Source of the DNA: an uncultured Clostridia bacterium
GTDB taxonomy: Bacteria; Bacillota; Clostridia; Lachnospirales; Anaerotignaceae
Direction of reading: 5' to 3'
Assembly: GCA_944383885.1 (NCBI GenBank)
Contig: CALWRF010000017.1
Location: 4,441-68,440, forward strand
Length of the DNA stretch: 64,000 nt
The notes under the pieces are model-generated. The model made no database searches. It was not told where the DNA came from and saw only the letters and a program-made list of their open reading frames with translations. The position numbers and the translations under genes are program-made. Shown in pieces: positions 1 to 10,700 of this stretch; position 1 is the stretch's first letter, and every line of letters starts with the position of its first letter.

Positions 1-1043
<1,043 letters not shown>

Positions 1044-1103
1044 TATCAGTATACGGTTTTTAAAATTTACTTTTAAAATTTTGTATATAACTAAATAAAA
1101 ATT

Positions 1104-1158
1104 AAAAACGGATGTGAATTTAAACCATATAATAGGTATTTCGCATCCGTTTTATTTT
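1104..1158. terminator. Bidirectional intrinsic terminator between eno and the convergent Nim-like gene
   Basis: ACGGATGTGAA (1108-1118) pairs with TTCGCATCCGT (1140-1150), an 11 bp stem with one G.U pair. An A-run lies upstream and TTTTATTTT downstream. Confidence 0.6.
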
Positions 1159-1184
1159 GTAATTTAATATTTAGAATTAAGCTT

Positions 1185-1655
1185 TCAGCGGTTCGGCATT
1201 TTGTTGCATTTAGCTGTAAGTTCCCTGATTACTATTTTAAAAACTAAAGTGCGCGGCAGCAGTTTGTCTATAGCGTTTTGGAAGTTACCCATATTGTCTG
1301 CGGCGTATTTAAGGCATATAGCGCGCAAAGCTTCTATTTTTTCGTTCTCATCTGTTATATTTTCAGCTGTGCCCTTAACAATGGCGCTTTCATACTCGGT
1401 AGTATATTTTTCAGATATAGGGTTTACATTATCTACAAAGGATATGCATACGTTTGAGTCAGCCATAAGGTTATTTATTTTAAGCCCTTCTGAAGCACAA
1501 TGGAAATATATGGCATTATCAATCCTTACGGCACTTACAGGTATGCAGTAGGGAGTTTTATCATCAGCATTTATCATTGCCAAAACGGCATAAGGACTTT
1601 TGTCTATTACATATAACCCAAAATCATAATCCTTTTCACGGTCTTTCCTTCTCAT
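1185..1655 (-). CDS. Pyridoxamine 5'-phosphate oxidase family FMN-binding protein (NimA-like split barrel)
   Basis: 156 aa. It shows the MRRKDRE N-terminus, PYCIPVS...IYFHCASEGLK and a C-terminal TAKCNK, the pattern typical of the Nim/PNPOx-like family in anaerobes. Confidence 0.75.
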   Translation of the reverse strand: MRRKDREKDYDFGLYVIDKSPYAVLAMINADDKTPYCIPVSAVRIDNAIYFHCASEGLKINNLMADSNVCISFVDNVNPISEKYTTEYESAIVKGTAENITDENEKIEALRAICLKYAADNMGNFQNAIDKLLPRTLVFKIVIRELTAKCNKMPNR

Positions 1656-1666
1656 TTTTATCCTCC

Positions 1667-2476
1667 TTAGAATACTTTTACAAAGCTTGGTATTTTGTTG
1701 TCAAAAACAGTTATGTACTCAAATCCGGCTTCTTTAAGCATTTTGTATGCAACATCGAATTTATAAGCCATTTGTTCCGGTTTATGTGTGTCTGAACCTA
1801 CTGTGATTATTTTTCCGCCTAAATCATGGTATCTTTTAATAAGCTCAAAAGCCGGGTGCGGTCCGCCTACGCCGTACCTGAAGCCAGACGTGTTTATCTC
1901 AATGCCTTTTTCTTTTGCTATAAGTGTCTTAAATATTTTGTCTGTTACAGGCTTCATAAGAGCATAGTCTATTTTTTTATTTTCGTAACCGCCGTAACGG
2001 TTTACAAAATCAATATGACCGTAAACATTGAAAAAGTCATAATGTTCAACATTGTATAAAACTTCCTCGAAATATTCCCTGTAAGCTTCCTGCTGTTCTT
2101 TTCCTTCAAAAAAATCATTTTTACAAAGGTCCAGTCCGTCCTGAACAACATGTGTTGAGCCTATTATAAAATCATACTGATTGTTTTTTACAAGCTCTTT
2201 AATCTGCGGCACTACATGATTTTGTATGCCTATTTCAACACCTTTTAATATTTTTATTTTATCAAAGTATTTTTCCCGTAACCGGTCTATTTCTTTTGAG
2301 TAGGGCTTGTAATCAAAAAGGAAAGGATAGTCAGGGTCGGGATAGTCAAAGTCTATGTGGTCTGTAGCTGCAATTTCTTTAAGCCCCAAAGATATAGCTT
2401 TTTTTATGTTTTCTTCCATAGGCGTACCGCTGTCGGAAGAAAAGTTTGAATGTGTATGGTAATCAGCGTAAAACAT
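1667..2476 (-). CDS. PHP-family histidinol-phosphatase (HisJ/HisK type)
   Basis: 269 aa. It has the N-terminal DYHTHSNFSSDS metal-binding motif, an internal GSTH and a C-terminal GSDTH, as in PHP-domain histidinol phosphatases. An AAGGAG SD lies upstream on the minus strand. Confidence 0.8.
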   Translation of the reverse strand: MFYADYHTHSNFSSDSGTPMEENIKKAISLGLKEIAATDHIDFDYPDPDYPFLFDYKPYSKEIDRLREKYFDKIKILKGVEIGIQNHVVPQIKELVKNNQYDFIIGSTHVVQDGLDLCKNDFFEGKEQQEAYREYFEEVLYNVEHYDFFNVYGHIDFVNRYGGYENKKIDYALMKPVTDKIFKTLIAKEKGIEINTSGFRYGVGGPHPAFELIKRYHDLGGKIITVGSDTHKPEQMAYKFDVAYKMLKEAGFEYITVFDNKIPSFVKVF

Positions 2477-2725
2477 TATATCAGCTCCTTACAGTAAAAA
2501 CTGTATTTTTTGTTTTTTTCGGGGATAGTATATCATAAAATTTACTTTTAGCACATATAAAGTTCAATTTTTTTTCATATATTAAACACCTGTATTGTAT
2601 ATAATTTAATTATAAAAAGACAAAATTGTAATTTTAATGTGAAAGAGCTGTAATACGGCTGTAATGATAGTGCTGTATAATACTAAACAGATTAAGAAGT
2701 TAATTATAAAAAAGGAGTGACTGGC

Positions 2726-2839
2726 ATGAATTTTGAAAAAGTTGTAATTAATTCTCTCTGCGATATGCTTATTTCATCAAGAGTATTTAATGAAAATACA
2801 AAAAATGCACCTCAAAGGGAAAAAGGCGTTAAAAAGTAA
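2726..2839 (+). CDS. Small ORF, 37 aa (MNFEKVVINSLCDMLISSRVFNENTKNAPQREKGVKK), unknown function
   Basis: An AGGAG SD (2713-2717) sits 8 nt before the ATG. TATAAT at 2776-2781 lies upstream and a hairpin with a T-run at 2924-2962 downstream. The ORF is below the 60 aa cutoff of the ORF track. Confidence 0.35.
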   Translation: MNFEKVVINSLCDMLISSRVFNENTKNAPQREKGVKK

Positions 2840-2999
2840 GCTTAAAAAATACTGACGAAAAGGATTGAAAATTCTTGAATATAATATCTGCTTATTTGTA
2901 TTGTCTTTTTAAGGCGTATTGCGTTACTTTACAAAGCGTAAATACGTCTTATTTTTTACAGGAATAATTTTGTTTTGAACTGATATAATATAATTTGTA

Positions 3000-3027
3000 T
3001 TGACACAGTTTTTTTGTGTGATATAAT
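3000..3027 (+). promoter_or_regulatory. SigA-type promoter of the thrS leader
   Basis: TTGACA (3000-3005), a 16 nt spacer, then TGaTATAAT with an extended -10 (TATAAT at 3022-3027). Confidence 0.55.
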
Positions 3028-3039
3028 GCTTTTATACTG

Positions 3040-3268
3040 AAAAAACGGTGATGGGAAGAGTAACATAAACAAGCGCTTTAAAGAGAAAAACGCCTTGGCT
3101 GGAAGCGTTTAAGCCGCCCTTATGCGAAAACTGCCCCGGAGTGACTCCAATCAAGTCCGCATAGCTGCGTTAAAAGCTATAATTAAGTGGTGTATCACAA
3201 TCAGGGTGGAACCGCGGGAATAACAGCTCTCGTCCCTTTTCTTATGAAAAGGAACGCGGGCTTTTTTT
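3040..3268 (+). promoter_or_regulatory. T-box riboswitch leader, probable Thr (ACU) specifier, with terminator
   Basis: Stem I elements are present (TGATGGGAAGAGTAAC, AAAGAGA). The specifier-loop context is GCGAAAACUGCC, with ACU at 3130-3132. The conserved T-box sequence AATCAGGGTGGAACCGCGGG lies at 3199-3218, followed by a terminator hairpin and T7 ending at 3268. It sits directly upstream of thrS. Confidence 0.85.
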
Positions 3269-3330
3269 ATTATAAAAATCCAACAGACCTGAGTTGACGG
3301 GTCTGAATAAAATAAAAAGGAGACAGATTT

Positions 3331-5235
3331 ATGATTAATGTAACTCTTAAAGACGGTGTTGTTAAGGAATTTGACAAGCCTGTATCAGTTCTTGAAATAG
3401 CAGAGAGCATTAGCGCCGGACTTGCAAGAAATGCCTGTGCCGGCATTGTAGACGGCAAAACAGAAGACCTTAGGTTTATAGTAGACAAAGACGCTAAGGT
3501 TGAGATATGCACATTTGATGATGAAGAAGGCAAAAAAGCTTTCAGGCACACAGCAAGCCATATTATGGCTCAGGCTGTTAAAAGACTTTTCCCGGAAACA
3601 AAGCTTGCTATAGGACCGGCTATTGCAGACGGGTTTTATTATGATTTTGACAGGGAAACGCCTTTTACGGAAGACGACCTTAAACACATTGAAGAAGAAA
3701 TGAAAAAAATTGTTAAAGAAGACATTAAGCTTGAAAGATTTGAGCTTCCAAGGGCTGAGGCTATTAAGTTTATGGAAGAAAAGGGCGAGCCTTATAAAGT
3801 TGAGCTTATAAACGACCTTCCTGAAGATGCTGTTATTTCTTTCTACAAACAGGGCGATTATGTAGACCTTTGCGCAGGTCCTCACCTTATGAGCACAAAA
3901 CCTGTTAAAGCCTTTAAACTTATGAGCGTTGCCGGAGCTTACTGGAGAGGAAACGAAAAGAATAAAATGCTTTCAAGGATTTATGGTACAGCTTATACAA
4001 AGGCTTCCGACCTTGACGCTTACCTTACAATGCTTGAAGAAGCTAAAAAACGCGACCATAGGAAATTAGGCAAAGAGCTTAAACTTTTTGCTCTTCTTGA
4101 GGAAGGACCGGGATTTCCATTCTTCCTTCCAAAGGGTATGGTTGTTAAAAACACGCTTATTGATTACTGGAGAGAAATACACAAAAAAGCAGGCTATGTA
4201 GAAGTTTCAACACCTATTATACTTAACAGACAGCTTTGGGAAAGAAGCGGTCACTGGGATCACTACAAAGAAAACATGTATACAACAGTGATTGATGATG
4301 AGGATTACGCTATTAAGCCAATGAACTGCCCTGGCGGTATGCTTGTTTATAAACAGGAACTTCATTCATACAGAGACCTTCCATTAAGAATAGGCGAGCT
4401 TGGCATTGTCCACAGACATGAAAAGAGCGGTCAGCTTCATGGTCTTATGAGAGTTAGATGCTTTACACAGGACGATGCCCATATATTCATGACTCAAGAG
4501 CAGATTAAAGATGAAATAAGCAAGGTTATAGGTCTTATAGACAGTGTTTACAAACTTTTCGGCTTCAAATATCATGTTGAGCTTTCTACAAGACCTGAAG
4601 ACAGCATGGGTTCTGATGAGGCTTGGGAGGCAGCTACAAACGGTCTTATAGGCGCTTTGGAGGCAAATAACATGCCTTATGTTGTAAACGAGGGCGACGG
4701 CGCATTCTATGGTCCTAAGATTGACTTCCACCTTCAGGATTCAATAGGCAGGACATGGCAGTGTGGTACAATACAGCTTGATATGAACCTTCCTGAAAGA
4801 TTTGACCTTACTTACACAGATAAAGACGGCTCAAAGAAACGCCCTGTTATGATTCATAGAGTATGCTTTGGTTCAATTGAAAGATTTATAGGCATACTTA
4901 TAGAGCATTATGCAGGCGCGCTCCCTACATGGCTTTCACCGGTACAGGTTAAGGTTCTTCCTATTTCAGATAAATTTGCTGATTATGCCGACAGTGTAGC
5001 CGCTAAGCTTGATGAAGCCGGTGTTAGAGTTGAAACAGACCACAGGGCAGAAAAAATCGGGTTTAAGATTAGGGAGGCAAGAAACGAAAGAGTGCCTTAC
5101 ATGCTTATTGTTGGTGAAAAAGATGTTGAGGCAAACGCTGTTTCAGTCCGTTCAAGAGAAAACGGAGAAGAGGGACAGCAGAGTCTTGATAATTTTATAG
5201 AAAGAATTACAAAAGAAATTAAAGAAAGAGCGTAA
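3331..5235 (+). CDS. thrS: Threonine--tRNA ligase
   Basis: 634 aa. It has a TGS domain N-terminus, class II aaRS motifs (HRHEKSGQLHGLMRVRCFTQDDAHIF, GPKIDF) and an anticodon-binding C-terminus. An AAAGGAG SD precedes the ATG. Confidence 0.97.
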   Translation: MINVTLKDGVVKEFDKPVSVLEIAESISAGLARNACAGIVDGKTEDLRFIVDKDAKVEICTFDDEEGKKAFRHTASHIMAQAVKRLFPETKLAIGPAIADGFYYDFDRETPFTEDDLKHIEEEMKKIVKEDIKLERFELPRAEAIKFMEEKGEPYKVELINDLPEDAVISFYKQGDYVDLCAGPHLMSTKPVKAFKLMSVAGAYWRGNEKNKMLSRIYGTAYTKASDLDAYLTMLEEAKKRDHRKLGKELKLFALLEEGPGFPFFLPKGMVVKNTLIDYWREIHKKAGYVEVSTPIILNRQLWERSGHWDHYKENMYTTVIDDEDYAIKPMNCPGGMLVYKQELHSYRDLPLRIGELGIVHRHEKSGQLHGLMRVRCFTQDDAHIFMTQEQIKDEISKVIGLIDSVYKLFGFKYHVELSTRPEDSMGSDEAWEAATNGLIGALEANNMPYVVNEGDGAFYGPKIDFHLQDSIGRTWQCGTIQLDMNLPERFDLTYTDKDGSKKRPVMIHRVCFGSIERFIGILIEHYAGALPTWLSPVQVKVLPISDKFADYADSVAAKLDEAGVRVETDHRAEKIGFKIREARNERVPYMLIVGEKDVEANAVSVRSRENGEEGQQSLDNFIERITKEIKERA

Positions 5236-5242
5236 AATGCTA

Positions 5243-5274
5243 AAAGAACGGATACAGGTTATCCGTTCTTTTTG
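5243..5274 (+). terminator. Intrinsic terminator of thrS
   Basis: AGAACGGAT (5245-5253) pairs with ATCCGTTCT (5261-5269), followed by a T-run. Confidence 0.75.
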
Positions 5275-5321
5275 TGTTTAATTGCATTGACAAAAGATTT
5301 AATTTGGCTTAAATATTTATT

Positions 5322-5486
5322 TTAATACTTAATTTTTCCTGAGCTGTAAAATTTTTTTGCCAGTTCTTCATAAAGCTCTTTTGTTTCGGCATCTGTTAAA
5401 GACTGAACTGATTCGGATATAATTTTTCTTTGGGCGGGAAGAGGAAGATTGATAAATTCTTCTTCGGAATAATTTGTTATATCCAA
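5322..5486 (-). CDS. Small ORF, 54 aa (LDITNYSEEEFINLPLPAQRKIISESVQSLTDAETKELYEELAKKFYSSGKIKY), unknown function
   Basis: A perfect AAGGAGGA SD on the minus strand sits 8 nt upstream of a TTG start (complement of 5484-5486). The frame stays open to a TAA at 5322-5324. It is below the ORF-track cutoff. Confidence 0.4.
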   Translation of the reverse strand: MDITNYSEEEFINLPLPAQRKIISESVQSLTDAETKELYEELAKKFYSSGKIKY

Positions 5487-5562
5487 TTTAATTTCCTCCT
5501 TTATATTTTTATATATTTATTATCTCAAATAATTAAAATATAAAGTTATGAAATGCTTTCCA

Positions 5563-5592
5563 TAAAAAAAAACGGTCTGTATGACCGTTTTA
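5563..5592 (-). terminator. Intrinsic terminator of the 136-aa gene
   Basis: AACGGTC (5571-5577) pairs with GACCGTT (5583-5589). Read on the minus strand, the hairpin is followed by a T9 run. Confidence 0.7.
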
Positions 5593-5593
5593 A

Positions 5594-6004
5594 TTACATT
5601 TTTTCAAGTTTAACATTTTTAGAATTGCCGTCAGCCTCAACGCTGAATGAAACTTTGCCGGATAAACCGGAGTTTACGCTTCCGATGTTAAAGTCGTCAA
5701 CTACAACACGGTATTCATTTTCCGGTTCAAGCTCCATTGTAATCTGTATGTCGCCTAAGCCTTCTATTGAAAATGAAACCAATGATTTATTTTCAGTAAA
5801 ATTATGTATAGCGCTGCCTGGGACTGACTCAAGAAGCAGCCTGCCGTTTTTTTCCAGCCTGGTAATTTCGCTATAAGTTTTTACATAATAAACATCACCA
5901 TTAACATTAAAATCAGGCACTTTCTTTTTTGTCTCAGATGTATAATCACCGAAACTAAGAGCCCCGTTATCTTCCAAACGAATTAACTCATCAACAACTG
6001 CCAT
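5594..6004 (-). CDS. Hypothetical protein, 136 aa, predicted beta-rich, no family recognised
   Basis: A long ORF with a GGAGGG-type SD (rc of CCCTCC at about 6008-6013), followed by a strong terminator. No motif was recognised by eye. Confidence 0.6.
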   Translation of the reverse strand: MAVVDELIRLEDNGALSFGDYTSETKKKVPDFNVNGDVYYVKTYSEITRLEKNGRLLLESVPGSAIHNFTENKSLVSFSIEGLGDIQITMELEPENEYRVVVDDFNIGSVNSGLSGKVSFSVEADGNSKNVKLEKM

Positions 6005-6232
6005 TTTAACTACCCTCCTAAAAATTATAATACAATGCCGATTGGACGGTTGAGTATTTATAAGTTATTATACCAATTTAAAATCATTTTGTATATAAGT
6101 AAAATGTGAATAAAATGTTTACTTTTATGTTTTAATTAATTTTTCATAAGTAAATACGGCTTAATATTGACAGCGGTTTTATTAAATTGATATATTACCA
6201 TAAGGGAATATTAATATGAGGTGATTCTTAAA

Positions 6233-7621
6233 ATGAAGGAAAAAACCGTTTATATCTGCTCATCCTGCGGCACTGTTTCGCCTAAATGGATGGGAGTCTG
6301 CCCGAAATGCGGAGAGTATAATACATTTACTGAAGAGACTGTGCGCGGAGAAAGCAAAAAGGGCGCGGTAAATGATAAAAGAAAAAAACAGGCGCGTGTT
6401 CTGCGGCTTAAAACAGCTCAAAGCGGCGAAGGTGAAAGGATAGTAACAGGTATAAGTGAGTTTGACAGAGTCGTTGGCGGAGGTCTTGTCAGGGATTCTG
6501 TAACTATTTTAACATCACCTCCGGGCGGAGGAAAAAGCACTCTTGCCCTTGCAATTTCAAACGCGGCTGCAAATTTAGGTCTTAATGTGCTTTATGCTTC
6601 AGGCGAGGAAAGCGAAAGCCAGATTAAAAGCCGTGCTGACAGAATTTTAAGTGATATAAACTCAAATGTGTGGCTTATGGCAGACAACAGTATGGATAAC
6701 GTAATTACAGCTGTGGAAAAAACAAATGCAGATTTAGTAATTGTAGACAGTATACAAACATTTGCCCTTTCGGAATTTCTGCCTGCCAGAGCGGGAAATC
6801 CTACCCAGACAATGGAGTGCGCCGGTGAGCTTGTGAAAATAGCCAAAGGCGGATTTAAGCCTGTTGCGGTTATTATTATAGGGCAGATGAATAAAAGCGA
6901 TGAGCTTGCAGGTTTAAGAAGCCTTGAACATTTGGCTGATACAGTATTGATTATAGACGGAAACAATGAAGATGAGCTAAGAAGCATTATGGCTACAAAA
7001 AACAGGTTTGGCAGCACCGGGGAAATGGGATTTTTTTCTATGGTGGAAGAAGGTCTGGTGTCTATTGACAACCCTTCTGAATTTTTTGTTACATCAAGAA
7101 AAGATAATGAAGCGGTAAGCGGAAGCGCCATAACAGTAGTGAGAGAAGGTTCAAGACCTATTATTGTGGAAGTTGAAAGCCTTGTTTCCCGCTCCTTTAC
7201 GCCTTACCCACAAAGAATTGGCGAGTCTTTAAAAAGAGAGCAGCTGAATACTTTAATTTCTATATTGGAAGAAAGATGTTCTGTAAATTTATTCGATAAG
7301 AATGTCGTTGTTAAAGCTGTAGGCGGTCTGAAATTACGCGAGCCTGCCGCCAATATGGCTGTTTTAATAAGCATTGCGTCATCTTTTTATAATAAACCTG
7401 TTAAAAGCACAACGGCTTTTATAGGCGATGTAGGTCTTACAGGGGAGATTAAAAAAGTCCCTTCTACAGAACTGCGTATAAAAGAATTAAACCGAATGGG
7501 ATTTAATAAAGTCTATATTTCACAAGAAGCATACAAAAATCTGAAAAATATTGATAAACTTAATATTGAAATCTGCCCTAAAAAATACATAAGAGAGGTT
7601 ATTTCGGAAGTTTTTATTTGA
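6233..7621 (+). CDS. radA: DNA repair protein RadA/Sms
   Basis: It has an N-terminal C4 zinc finger (CSSCGTVSPKWMGVCPKCGE), Walker A (PPGGGKST), the KNRFG motif (TKNRFGSTGE) and a Lon-like C-terminal domain. The start was moved to the ATG at 6233, which follows GAGGTG by about 9 nt; the track start at 6221 is a GTG inside the SD. Confidence 0.93.
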   Translation: MKEKTVYICSSCGTVSPKWMGVCPKCGEYNTFTEETVRGESKKGAVNDKRKKQARVLRLKTAQSGEGERIVTGISEFDRVVGGGLVRDSVTILTSPPGGGKSTLALAISNAAANLGLNVLYASGEESESQIKSRADRILSDINSNVWLMADNSMDNVITAVEKTNADLVIVDSIQTFALSEFLPARAGNPTQTMECAGELVKIAKGGFKPVAVIIIGQMNKSDELAGLRSLEHLADTVLIIDGNNEDELRSIMATKNRFGSTGEMGFFSMVEEGLVSIDNPSEFFVTSRKDNEAVSGSAITVVREGSRPIIVEVESLVSRSFTPYPQRIGESLKREQLNTLISILEERCSVNLFDKNVVVKAVGGLKLREPAANMAVLISIASSFYNKPVKSTTAFIGDVGLTGEIKKVPSTELRIKELNRMGFNKVYISQEAYKNLKNIDKLNIEICPKKYIREVISEVFI

Positions 7622-7763
7622 AAATACAATATGATATAAGTTATACTTATGGAAGGTGTAAATAAAATATAGTTTACTAATGTGTATACATATATTATAA
7701 TACTTACATAAGGTTTAAAGTTTACAATTTAGTAATTATAAGAAACATTCTGGAGGGATTAGA

Positions 7764-10700
7764 ATGGAGAATATAAAAATTAAGAACTTTAAAAGGGTCC
7801 TTGTGGCAAACCGCGGTGAAATTGCCATCAGGGTTTACAGGGCTCTTAATGAGTTGGATATCCAGACAATAGGCGTTTACTCAAAAGAGGACAAATATTC
7901 TCTTTTCAGAACAAAAGCTGATGAGTCTTATGAGCTTGACAGAACAAAAGGCGCCATAGAAGCATATCTTGATATTCCGGGCATTATTAAAATAGCCAAA
8001 GAAAAAGATGTTGACGCTATTCATCCTGGTTATGGGTTTTTATCGGAAAATTCAGACTTTGCCCAGGCATGCGCTGATAACGGAATAGTATTTATTGGTC
8101 CTGACAAAGCAAGTATGGACGCTATGGGAGATAAAATTTCGTCCAAAAGAATGGCTATTGAGTGCAACGTGCCGATAATACCTGGTGTTGACCACGCATT
8201 AACAAGTGAGGAAGAAGCAATTGCTGTAGCTGATAAAATCGGTTACCCTGTAATGCTTAAAGCCTCAAACGGCGGCGGCGGACGCGGCATGAGAATAGTA
8301 AATAAAAAAGAAGACATGCCAAGGGAATATAACGAAGCGAGAACAGAGTCAAAAAAGGCTTTCGGCAGTGAGCAGATATTTATTGAAAAATACCTTAGAG
8401 CGCCAAAGCATGTGGAAGTGCAGATTTTAGGCGACCAGTATGGAAACATTGTTCATCTTTTCGACAGAGACTGCTCTGTTCAGAGAAGGCATCAGAAAGT
8501 AGTTGAATATGCTCCGGCTTTTACTATAAAGCAGGAAGTGCGAGAAAGAATGTTTGCCGACGCGGTAAGGCTGGCTAAGCATGTGGGATACAAAAACGCA
8601 GGTACACTTGAGTTTCTTGTCGATGCTGACCAGAATTACTATTTTATAGAGATGAACCCTCGTATACAGGTAGAGCATACTGTAACGGAAATGGTTACAA
8701 ACATAGATATAGTAAGAAGCCAGATACTTATTGCAGAAGGATATCCTTTGGATTCTGAGGAAATAAATATTAAATCACAGAAAGATGTTATTTGCAACGG
8801 CTATGCTATACAAGCCAGAGTTACTACTGAGGACCCGGCAAACAACTTCCTTCCTGATACAGGCAAAATTTCTGTTTACCGTTCAGGCGCCGGAAACGGT
8901 ATTCGTCTTGACGGCGGCACAGCTTATACAGGAGCTGAGATAACACCATATTATGACAGCCTTCTTGTTAAGATTGTATCTCACGACAGAAATTTTGCAA
9001 CAGCTGCAAACAAGGCTATTAGGGCATTAAGAGAAACACGTGTAAGGGGAGTTAAAACAAACATTCCTTTTCTTATAAATGTACTTAAAAATGAAACATT
9101 TATTAAAGGCGAATGCACAACTACATTTATTGAGGAAACACCGAGCCTTTTTGAAATAGAGTTAAGCAAAGACAGAGCAACTAAGATTGCAGAGTTTATA
9201 GGCAACAGAATGGTAAATGAAATGCAGGGCAAAAAACCTGATTTTGTAAGCATACCTGCGCCTAAACTTTTTGAAACAGGCGAATTTACAGGCTCACGTG
9301 ATGAGTTCTTAAAACTCGGCGCGAAAGATTTTACGCAAAAAATACTTAATGAAAAACGTCTTTTTATAACAGATACTTCAATGCGTGACGCCCATCAGTC
9401 GCTTATGGCAACGCGTATGAGGACAATAGACCTTGTAAAGGTTGCGCCTCTTACAAACCAGGTTATGAGAAACGCGTTTTCTGTTGAGGCATGGGGCGGC
9501 GCTACATTTGATGTTGCCTACAGATTCCTTAATGAATCACCATGGATAAGGCTTCAGGATTTAAGGGAAAGAATGCCTAACACACTTATCCAAATGCTTT
9601 TGAGGGCGGCTAATACAGTAGGCTACAGCAACTATCCTGATAATGTAGTTAAAGAATTTATTAAAGAAGCTTCTGAAAGAGGCGTTGACGTATTCAGAAT
9701 TTTCGACAGTCTTAACTGGATGGAAAATATGAAGCTGCCTGTTGAAGAAGCCCTTAAAACAGGTAAAATTGTTGAAGGCGCTATCTGCTACACAGGCGAC
9801 ATACTTAATCCGCAGGAGAAGAAATACACAGTTGAGTATTATATTAAAAAGGCTAAAGAGCTTGAAGCTATGGGCTGCCATATATTTGCTATTAAGGATA
9901 TGGCTGGTCTTCTTAAACCGTATGCCGCAAAAGAGCTTTTTACAGCGCTTAAATCTGAGCTTAAAATACCTGTTCATCTTCATACACATGACTCAACAGG
10001 AAACGGTGTAAGCACTGTTCTTATGGCTGCCAAAGCCGGTGTTGATATTGCTGACGCTGCTATTGAGGCTATGTCAAGCCTTACGAGCCAGCCTTCAATG
10101 AACTCTATTGTTGAGGCACTTAAAGGCACTCAAAGAGATACGCTTTTGGACAGCACAGAACTTGCAAGGCTTAGCAAATATTACGCTGATGTAAGAAAAG
10201 TATATTACAGCTTTGAAAGCAACCTTAAAACGCCTAATACTGAAATTTACAGATACGAAATACCTGGCGGACAGTATTCAAACCTTCTTGCACAGGTTAA
10301 GGCTATGGGCGGAAATGATGATGACTTTGAGGAAATTAAAAAGCTTTACAAACAGGCAAACGAGCTTTTCGGCAATATTATAAAAGTTACACCTACTGCT
10401 AAAATTGTAGGCGATATGGCAATATTCATGTACCAGAATAAACTTAATGCCGACAACATATTTACAGAAGGCAGGAACCTTTCTTATCCAGACTCTGTAA
10501 TTGAGTACTTTATGGGTATGGTAGGTCAGCCTGATGGCGGTTTTCCGAAAGAGCTGCAAAAAATTATACTTAAAGACAGAAAACCTCTTACAGAAAGAGC
10601 GGGAAAAAGCCTTGAGCCTGCTGATTTTGAGGAAATTAAAAAACATATACTCCAGCAGCTTCCTGAAAACATGGTTGAAAAGAAACATCTTATCAGCTAT

